From NCBI GenBank assembly GCA_963674735.2, contig CAXXQS010000001.1:736001-800000 (forward strand): a stretch of DNA of 64,000 bases, written 5' to 3'. Numbering within the stretch: position 1 is the stretch's first letter; every line of letters begins with the position of its first letter. Made by a program: the position numbers and the translations under genes. This DNA is from Myxococcota bacterium. GTDB lineage: Bacteria; Myxococcota_A; SURF-8. Below are positions 52,201 to 60,168 of this stretch, piece after piece. The notes under the pieces were generated by a model. The model worked only from the letters and a program-made list of their open reading frames with translations, searched no databases and had not been told where the DNA came from.

Positions 52201-52771
52201 TGCAGCCGAGGCAGATCGACGACGGCGAGGGCTACGGCGTCTACAACTGGCACCGCACGTACATCCCCGAGCTGGGCATCTACACCAGCCTCGACCCGCT
52301 GCTACAGGATCATGGGGCGCTCTACGGCTACGCCGGGGCGAATCCGATGTGGTTCGTGGATCCGGAGGGACTTTGCTATTGGGATGTGAATATTTCACTT
52401 GGAAAGTTGATTGGTGTCACAGGGGGAATTCAAATCGATCCGGAAACATGGGATATTTTTCCTTACTTAGGTGGATATGTTGGAACACCAGGCTGGTCTA
52501 TAACGCTGTCTCCAAACGATCCTGCACCAGCCGGGGTAGGTCGGGCAAATTTCTTGCCCGACACATGAATTGTCGGGCACAATGTGCCCGACCTACAGGG
52601 CTAATCGGTGCTGCATCAGGTGCACTTGCCGCTGCAACTGCTGGCGCAACAACAGCATTATCCGGCACAGTAGCTGCTACGAGCACTGTGGCAGCCACAG
52701 CGCTCACAGATTACATAACAGTTCACGGAACTGATCCGAGTCAAGACCAACAAAATGTATGTGAATATTGA
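52200..52771 (+). pseudogene. Orphan Rhs module 2, interrupted by a REPIN
   Basis: QIDDGEGYGVYNWHR...DPEG followed by a C-terminal domain; the frame changes at the 52536-52596 palindrome; tail ends NVCEY. Confidence 0.8.
52536..52596. repeat. GTAG-family REP doublet (REPIN)
   Basis: GTAGGTCGGGCA-AATTTCT-TGCCCGACA-CATGAAT-TGTCGGGCA-CAATG-TGCCCGACCTAC. Confidence 0.85.
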
Positions 52772-53100
52772 TTCCATACTATGTTAATGGAGCATACATG
52801 ATTGTAATAGAAAGATTGCTTGTCTACTCTTCGTCCCTTTCCATTTCAATTCTTTGGGGAGGGATAATTCTTGATGAGTCAAATGATTCAATAATAACAT
52901 TAATAGTGTTGGCATGTTTATATTCAATGATTCTACTTCTCCCACTGATTGTATATTATAAAAGATATGAAATTAATTTTCTAGAACATAATAAACCTAG
53001 TAAAGGAATTGGTGCGACGATATTTGCGATTATAAGTTCCATTTTCTTTCTACTAATAAATATCTATATGTTATTTTATTACGTTGTGAAGACAGGGTAG
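52768..53100 (+). CDS. Putative immunity protein for Rhs module 2 (3 TM)
   Basis: AT-rich hydrophobic ORF overlapping the stop of the C-terminal domain. Confidence 0.6.
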   Translation: MIPYYVNGAYMIVIERLLVYSSSLSISILWGGIILDESNDSIITLIVLACLYSMILLLPLIVYYKRYEINFLEHNKPSKGIGATIFAIISSIFFLLINIYMLFYYVVKTG

Positions 53101-53103
53101 CCA

Positions 53104-53175
53104 GCGGGTGGCCGTGACGACCCCTGATCATTGAAAACAGGATGGGTGGCATGGGCTAAGCGCAGCTTGCCTATG
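53104..53175. repeat. 72-bp junction element, copy B
   Basis: Starts 3 nt after the immunity stop and precedes Rhs module 3. Confidence 0.85.
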
Positions 53176-53554
53176 GAAAGGGAGGATGACCTGGAATCGC
53201 GCGGGTTCGTGATCGCCGAGCGCACGGGACGTCCCGAGCAAGTCGTGACCAGCCAGGGCGATGTACTGTGGGAGGCCACGTATGACGCCTACGGCGCGGC
53301 CGAGGTGTCCGTTGCGACGCTCGGCATGCCCCTGCGCTATCCCGGGCAGGTCGACGACGGCGAGGGCTACGGCGTTTACAACTGGCACCGCACGTACATC
53401 CCCGAACTCGGCATCTACACCAGCCTCGACCCGCTCTTCCAGAACCCCGGCGCGCTCTACGGCTACGCTGGGGCGAATCCGATGTGGTTCGTGGATCCGG
53501 AGGGAAAAATTGCATGGTATCCGGCTGTTGCAACTGGATACGTTTTAGCAAGAG
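53176..53554 (+). pseudogene. Orphan Rhs module 3, C-terminal domain truncated by an IS
   Basis: GRPEQVV...WEATYDAYG...PLRYPGQ...DPEG; IS end begins at 53555. Confidence 0.85.
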
Positions 53555-54346
53555 TGTCCACCGTCAGCGAGTTTGAGACAGTTGGTTAGGGAGAATTAAG
53601 GGAGAGTTTGGGGTATGGGGAAGCGGTTGTTGGGGCGGCGCGGGAGTTTCCGGGACCGTAGGAATTATCCCGGACGCGACCTCAGACGTCCCGCCCCGAC
53701 GCTCGTTGCAGCGTCGGGACCGCTTCCACGATTGACCATCCGTTCCGGTCCGGGTACAACCTCTGAAGGAGGAGGACCCCATGGCCACCAATGTTGTCAA
53801 ACAGATCCGCCGAAACACCCGCCGCAAATTCAGTGCCGACGAGAAGATCCGCATTGTCGTCGAATCGCTGCGCGGCGAGATTTCCATCAGCGAGCTCTGC
53901 CGCCGGGAAGGCATCCAGCCCAGCCTGTTCTATCGCTGGTCCAAACAGTTTCTCGAAGCCGGCAAGAACGGGTTAACGCGTGAGACGAAACGTGATGCCT
54001 CGGACGACGAGGTGCGTGAGCTGAAATCGGAGAACGAGCAGCTCAAGATCTCCCTGGCCGAGGCGCATCTGGCTGTCTTTATATCGCAAGACAGCCAGAT
54101 GCGCCTCGGCCAGGGAGATCTTGAGCTGCTCGTTCTCCGATTTCAGCTCACGCACCTCGTCATCACTGGCGATCGCGCTTCGTCCTCGACGCGTGTCAGG
54201 CCATTTTTGCCGGCCTCCAGAAACTGTTTGGACCAGCGGTAGAACAGGCTGGGCTGGATGCCTTCTCTGCGGCAAAGCTCGGAAATCGGGATCTCGCCGC
54301 GCAAGCTCTCGACGACGATCTGTCCCAAACTCGCTGACGGTGGACA
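53555..54346. mobile_element. Defective IS3-family element with two inverted orfA copies
   Basis: 26-bp terminal IRs TGTCCACCGTCAGCGAGTTTG(A/G)GACA; orfA from 53781 (RRKFSADEKIRIVVESLRGE...ELCRREG); no orfB. Confidence 0.85.
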
Positions 54347-54539
54347 GTCATGATCCAGCCTGACTCTCCCTTAGAAATAAACCAACATTTGTCTCCCAAC
54401 AACTAGGGTGAATATCGGAGAAGGCCATTTGGCGCGGTTAAGCTTGACAGTACCCCACAGCCCCCTTATACCGGTAGAACAGGAGACTAAATATTGTCCA
54501 CAAGGAGCCTGACTTCACCATCGGAGAGGCTGCGCCTGC

Positions 54540-56271
54540 TATTCTATTATCTATTTTATCTATTTTACTTGCTTGCTTCTTTATTTCTTCTGTTGGCTGT
54601 GGCAACAATGCTGAACAGGGTACTGCCGATGGTGACTTGACTGAACAGGATACTGCCGATGGTGATCTGACTGAACAGGATACTGCCGATGGTGACTTGA
54701 TAGAGCAAGAGGTAGCCTACCAGCGTAATACCAGCCTTGCTCCGCCGCCAAAGCCTGCAGATAGCCTTGGCTACGAAACTAAAGCCCGAACGCCCAAAGG
54801 TACAAATCCTACACCTGAAGAAATCCACTGCCTTTACCAAAAAAGTAACCGGCTTTTATAAAGACACACAGTTCTGGGATTGGGTGTATCGTGGCAGCCA
54901 CGGGCTCGACAAAAGCTACGACTCCGAAATGTTCCATTATCGCCTGTGGTGGCAAAGCGTGGGCATGGTTAAACATGGCGATGTGGTGGAATTTAAGCAT
55001 CAGTACAAGGGCACATCGGAAAACATGACTGACCGAAGCGTGAAAGTGATGGTCAATGCCATTGCCCTGTATCTGCTAACCAACGATCAACGAATAGGTG
55101 AGATTGCTGCCGGTATGATGCGCGGTATTGTAGCCCAGTCTTAGGGTTAGAGCGCGAAATTGAAGATCCCCTGGTGAAATACCTGCAGGCTCGCTCAATA
55201 TTCAATCACAATCACGAATATGAGGTCGATGGCCGCAAGGTAGCCATCAACTACGACGGCGGAAAGGTGCTTGGTTCAAGGGGAACCTGCATGTATTCAA
55301 TATTCCCGACAACCCCACTTTCGGTGACATCTGGGTGGCAAACATGCGCTCAAAAGACGATGTCCCCCAAATGTACTATTCATTGGTCATGGCCACCCGA
55401 GCTTATTACGAAGCAAAAGACGCCTACGTGCGGGAAGCAGCAGAATTGCTCATTGAATATATGCGCGTTTTGCCCAGAGTATTGAAGACATGACTGGCAT
55501 ATTCTGACCAAAATACGAAGACGGCCTGCCCGCCGAAGCCCTCAATTATCTACTCACCACTTCTGAGGTTCACACCCTCCAGCAGACCTGGGTAGCTTTG
55601 TCCATTGGCGCGATATATGGGGCCTGATGCAGAATGCAACGGTCAGTTGGGTGCGGCCATGAGTGGCTACGGTTGGCCAGCAGACCGTAAAGACTGCGAA
55701 GGCGGCTGATTGGCTGGGACTTTGAACGTTTGGCCTTCGTCAGTCATTTCTTTAACTATGAAAACTATAATTACTTCCTATTGCTGCTCTTGCTGTTTCC
55801 GAACTTTGGGGCTACCACTATATTGCCAAAGCAATCAACGAAGGCTTAGTGTACCGCTTTGAAGAAATAATGTACAACCCGGCCATGCCCAATATCGACG
55901 ATCCCCGATGTGAGGCCAACACCGCCGCCTGGTTGCTCAACGCTGCCACTTTTGGCTATGGTTTTACCGCTGAAGAAGCCCATCACGTCATGAAATGGTA
56001 CGGTGATTCGGCCGCATGGTTCAAGGCATGGCCTCACTGGGATCCGTGGTCCTCAATGTCCGATGGCCAAGAGTTGGAATCGGATAAACCTGATCGCTGT
56101 GAGTGGATTCCCGGCCAAGGCGATGAACCGGCCACCCGTGGCACCTGTTACATAAACCTGTATGAGATGCCATACATATTTGAGTACTGCTATTCCCAAT
56201 GGAAAAATCCTAATGGTGTGCCCTTCATTGATTGCGACATTGTGGCCGACCCAAGCCAGTGGGGCGAATAG
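54540..56271 (+). pseudogene. Multiply frameshifted lipoprotein gene (decay or sequencing error)
   Basis: VGC lipobox, TEQDTADGDL repeats, and consecutive + strand fragments (54637, 54737, 55174, 55849) joinable by small indels. Confidence 0.7.
54611..54700 (+). repeat. 3 x 30-bp tandem repeat
   Basis: CTGAACAGG(G/A)TACTGCCGATGGTGA(CT/TC)TGA three times. Confidence 0.95.
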
Positions 56272-56375
56272 AGCAAAACAGAAAGAGCTTTTGCCATCAA
56301 TAGAGTTCGTTTCCTTCCAGTGATGCTAGCATATTGTCCACTTTCTCGGATGTAATCGCTTCCAGTGTGGCGACA

Positions 56376-56605
56376 GGCCATGGGGCCCTCCTGTTTGGAG
56401 TTGTACCCGGACCGGAACGGATGGTCAATCGTGGAAGCGGTCCCGATGCTGCAACGAGCTTCGGGGCGGGGCGTCTGAGGTCGCGTCCGGGATAAACCCT
56501 ACGGTCCCGGAAACTCCCGCGCCGCCCCATCAACCGCTTTCCCATACCCCAAACTCTCCCTTAATTCTCCCTAACCAACTGTTCCAAACTCGCTGCCGGT
56601 GAACG
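56376..56605 (-). mobile_element. Inverted copy of the IS3 left end and leader
   Basis: Reverse complement aligns with 53555-53786 up to ATGGCC, then diverges. Confidence 0.85.
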
Positions 56606-56694
56606 CCGGAGCAAACAAGCTCGATGATTTGCTCATTGACAATCCGGCGAGCGCCAAGTATTTTGTGGGCTATTGGAGGAGGGTTTTATACAGT

Positions 56695-57123
56695 ATGCAG
56701 AAGCGAAGCCTTGGCCACTCTAAAATGTCCACGTATTTAAGCGCCGCTGCCATGCTGGCGCTGGTGCTGCGGACGACGCTTCTGACGCTGCACTTCGTTT
56801 CTCTGCCGCATGCCATCGACCCGCATACCGGCCATTTCATTCACCTGCATGAACACGCCAGCGAAGAAACCTGCCAGCATGAAGATCCCGATGCGCGATC
56901 CGGGCCGAGCATCAAAGCAGATTCGCATTCCTGCTGCGACAGTGGCGTTCATGACTGCCCGTACAACCATTTCCTTCATCAGCCATCCAGCCAGAACCTG
57001 GGCCAGGCCGACACAGCCGGAATCCTGCCGCCGTCTGCGACGTCCGGCCTTCCGAATGGACGCTCCCCTTTCATACGTGATGATCTCCACCTCTTGGCCC
57101 CGATGAATTCACCTCCCGTGTAA
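56695..57123 (+). CDS. His/Cys-rich DUF2946-like leader protein
   Basis: GGAGGAGG RBS; N-terminal hydrophobic segment, His cluster, HSCC...HDC, C-terminal LAPMNSPPV. Confidence 0.65.
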   Translation: MQKRSLGHSKMSTYLSAAAMLALVLRTTLLTLHFVSLPHAIDPHTGHFIHLHEHASEETCQHEDPDARSGPSIKADSHSCCDSGVHDCPYNHFLHQPSSQNLGQADTAGILPPSATSGLPNGRSPFIRDDLHLLAPMNSPPV

Positions 57124-57290
57124 TCATTCCTACGACAAGCAGTACTGCGGTCTTCCGATGACAACCGGGAGACCCTACGCATAATCGATGACGCGATCCG
57201 CGTATGTATCGAGTGCTTTCGCTTTCGTGAAGGCGAGTGCGCTCGGTGACGCGCGTACAGAATGACTACGATTGCACAACGGAGAAATCC

Positions 57291-58310
57291 ATGAATTCGA
57301 CCAAAGGTAGCTTGCTGTTTACCCTTTTGATTATTTTCGCCCTTTCGTTTTCCGCCTGTGGGGCTGATGATGGCGGTGAGGATGTGGACGGCGATGTGGA
57401 CGGCGATGTGGATGGCGACACCTGGGACGGCGTTTGCACCGATGAACGCGACGGCTGGGAGAAGTGTGAAAACAACCGCATCCAGTGGTGCCATGTCCTT
57501 GAAGGCATGGCACCGCATTTTCACGAAGGCTCAAACTGCGAAGCACTGGGCCTGACCTGCGTAGAACTCGCCCACGAGCACGATGGCCATACCCAATACG
57601 AAGCGTTCTGCGTGGACGAATCCATGACCTGCGAGGCCGGTGAATTTGCCTGCGTAGATAACACGGCGCAGAACTGCATCGACGGCGTCATGGCGCTGGA
57701 GCCCTGCGGTACGATGCATTGCCATGAGGAAGCCGACGAGGCGGTCTGCGAACAGGAAGGCGAAGAGGAATGCGGTGGTCACGGCCATCTGCACGATGGC
57801 GAATGCCATTGCGACGAGAATTACGACGTCGATCCCGACGATCCGACCAATTGCGTGGCGGTGCTTTCCTTCCCGGAGATGGCCTGTCAGACTTTCGCGG
57901 ATCACAAGGACGACATCCCGGCGGATCACCACCTCGATTCCACCGATACACGGCCCGGCCCGCACGCGCATCTGGACGAGGTGATGGAGGCGCTTCTACT
58001 AGCCGCCAACGCCTCGAACTACGTGCATTTCCCGGTGCTGGAAACCGGTGAGTACGTTCTGTTCCTGGATACGGTGGGTGTGGTTGCGACTTTTTACGAC
58101 AAGGACGGCGAGGAGGTTCCTTTCACCAATCCCGGCCCCAATGGGATGTGCTCGGACAGCCTGGTGGATCACTTCCACATCTCCGCCACCTACATCGGCG
58201 ACGGGGAAAACCCCGTACCGACCATCATCGAGTTCCAGGTGGAAGCGGATACCGAGGTGAAGTTCCTCATCATGTTTCATGAAGAAGACAAACACGAAGA
58301 CCACGAATAG
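57291..58310 (+). CDS. His/Cys-rich acidic lipoprotein, probably metal-binding
   Basis: FSAC lipobox, (DVDG)3, CGGHGHLHDGECHC EGF-like segment, HEEDKHEDHE tail. Confidence 0.8.
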   Translation: MNSTKGSLLFTLLIIFALSFSACGADDGGEDVDGDVDGDVDGDTWDGVCTDERDGWEKCENNRIQWCHVLEGMAPHFHEGSNCEALGLTCVELAHEHDGHTQYEAFCVDESMTCEAGEFACVDNTAQNCIDGVMALEPCGTMHCHEEADEAVCEQEGEEECGGHGHLHDGECHCDENYDVDPDDPTNCVAVLSFPEMACQTFADHKDDIPADHHLDSTDTRPGPHAHLDEVMEALLLAANASNYVHFPVLETGEYVLFLDTVGVVATFYDKDGEEVPFTNPGPNGMCSDSLVDHFHISATYIGDGENPVPTIIEFQVEADTEVKFLIMFHEEDKHEDHE

Positions 58311-58396
58311 ATCCTGCGTCCCGAGCGTCCGCGTGTCTTCGATTTCAGGGCATGCGGGCGTTTCGGGATGTTCAGTGTTGGATCAAGGAGGATGAG

Positions 58397-59224
58397 ATGT
58401 CCACGCGACAGCGAAAAATAAAAAGCAGGTCGCTGCTCATGCTGATGGCCCTGATGGCCTTTGGCTGCGGCGATAAAACCGCCGGAGAAGCGCTGAACTT
58501 CGATACGGCGGCACTGGGTGTGACGGAATCCGGTACACCCAACCAGGCTTTCACCAACAGCAAGGGCTGGCGCATCACGCTGGAGTCGGCGTCGCTGGCT
58601 GTTGGTCCTGTTTACTATTACAGTTCCGAGGCGCAGGCCGGCCTCCTCGACCGGCTGTTCACGATCAAAAGCGCCTATGCTTGCCCCGCTCACGCTCAGT
58701 ACGACAAAGGCATGGTCCTGGGCGAAATCCGGCAGCAGGTCGTGGTCGATCTGCTGGCCGAATCGCCGACGCCAACCGGTGTCAGCGAAGGAGAGAAAGG
58801 ACACTGTCAAATGTTTGAGTTGCACTTCCATCCACCCGGCGAGATTCCGGCCGCCTCGAACGATGCAGCCTTTGAACCGCTGGATGGGCATTCCTTTGCC
58901 ATTTCCGGCGTTGCCGAAAAAGACGGCGTGGAGATACCCTTTTCCAGTTACATGATCATCCCCGATGAAAGCACCATGCGTATTGTGGAGAGCATTCCCG
59001 CCGATCTTGTCTTGGATGGTCGCTCCGGTCTTGCAGTGACACGGATTCATATCGATCGGCAACTCGCCAACCTGGATTTCGCCTCCATCACAGATGAGTC
59101 GGGGGCGTGTCTGGAAGAAGCGGGAGAAGGCGCTTGCTTGATCGGGGAAGACAGCCAGGCCCATCTGGCATGGCTATACGGCGTGCGCTCGCGTGAATGC
59201 TACAGCCTTGAATGGCGGGAATAG
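58397..59224 (+). CDS. Lipoprotein associated with the TonB-dependent receptor
   Basis: AAGGAGG RBS; AFGC lipobox; ACPAHAQY motif. Confidence 0.75.
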   Translation: MSTRQRKIKSRSLLMLMALMAFGCGDKTAGEALNFDTAALGVTESGTPNQAFTNSKGWRITLESASLAVGPVYYYSSEAQAGLLDRLFTIKSAYACPAHAQYDKGMVLGEIRQQVVVDLLAESPTPTGVSEGEKGHCQMFELHFHPPGEIPAASNDAAFEPLDGHSFAISGVAEKDGVEIPFSSYMIIPDESTMRIVESIPADLVLDGRSGLAVTRIHIDRQLANLDFASITDESGACLEEAGEGACLIGEDSQAHLAWLYGVRSRECYSLEWRE

Positions 59225-59238
59225 GAAGGGGGACGATC

Positions 59239-60168
59239 ATGCGACACTACGAAACAAGATACGGTTTGGCGATAATCGCAGCGATCATTTTCCATCTTTT
59301 CATCATTGGCTGCACCAGCGAGGACGCCGCCGGAGAAGGCAGCCTGCGCTTGCAGGCCGGGGGCGGCAAAGCGCTTGAAACCGGGTTTCCCTACACGGAA
59401 GGCGGTGTGGAATACGCTTTCGTGGATGGCTGGTCGTTGCAGTTCACGCACTATGTCGTGGTCATCGGCGATGTCAAGTTGACCGATGGAGGATCGGTAG
59501 TCGGTTCGTGGGACGGCCCGGCCATTATCGACCTGAAGAAAGGCAGAGGTAACAACCATGATGTCGTGACCTTGGAGGGCTTACCCGCCAAACGGCTCGA
59601 CCTTCAGTTCCGCTTCTTCGCGGCAAGCGAACAGGCCGAGAACCGAAACGTCGATACGGCCATCGCCGAGGAGATGATCGAAAACGGTTATTCGTACTGG
59701 ATCGAAGGCGACGCCAGCCGGGATGGCGAGATCGTGCATTTTCTCTTGCGGCTGAAAACGCCCACCCTCTATACCGACTGCATCAACGGAAAAGACCAGA
59801 CCAAGGGCATCGCCATCGAAGCGAACAAGACCATTGGAGCGTTCATCTACGCCCATGGGCTGCATCTGTTCTGGGATACGCTCGCCGCCGGGGATGAATC
59901 CCTGCGTTTCGATGCCTTCGCCGCCGTAGCGGATGCCGATGGCGAGCCGGACACAGTGACGGAGAGCGAACTTGCGGTTCAGGATCTGACCGATCTGAGA
60001 GACGCCAACGGCGATCCCTTACGCGATGAAGACGGCTCCCGCGTTTTCTACAACAGCGGCACCGTGCTCCCGCAGGATAGTTTAACGCTTTTGTCCTTCG
60101 TTGAATACGCCGCGCGATACGGCGTGCACTTCAACGGCGTGGGCTTGTGTTTATCGGAGATTGAGTGA
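59239..60168 (+). CDS. Lipoprotein associated with the TonB-dependent receptor
   Basis: IIGC lipobox; FVDGWSLQF, HGLHLFWD and HFNGVGLC motifs. Confidence 0.75.
   Translation: MRHYETRYGLAIIAAIIFHLFIIGCTSEDAAGEGSLRLQAGGGKALETGFPYTEGGVEYAFVDGWSLQFTHYVVVIGDVKLTDGGSVVGSWDGPAIIDLKKGRGNNHDVVTLEGLPAKRLDLQFRFFAASEQAENRNVDTAIAEEMIENGYSYWIEGDASRDGEIVHFLLRLKTPTLYTDCINGKDQTKGIAIEANKTIGAFIYAHGLHLFWDTLAAGDESLRFDAFAAVADADGEPDTVTESELAVQDLTDLRDANGDPLRDEDGSRVFYNSGTVLPQDSLTLLSFVEYAARYGVHFNGVGLCLSEIE

Noticed and set aside
52129-53175. CRISPR array or integron attC array
   Set aside because: Only two long copies about 1 kb apart, no cas or intI gene, and no attC core consensus.
54611-54700. CRISPR-like 30-bp repeats
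   Set aside because: The copies are contiguous without spacers and encode a 10-aa peptide repeat.
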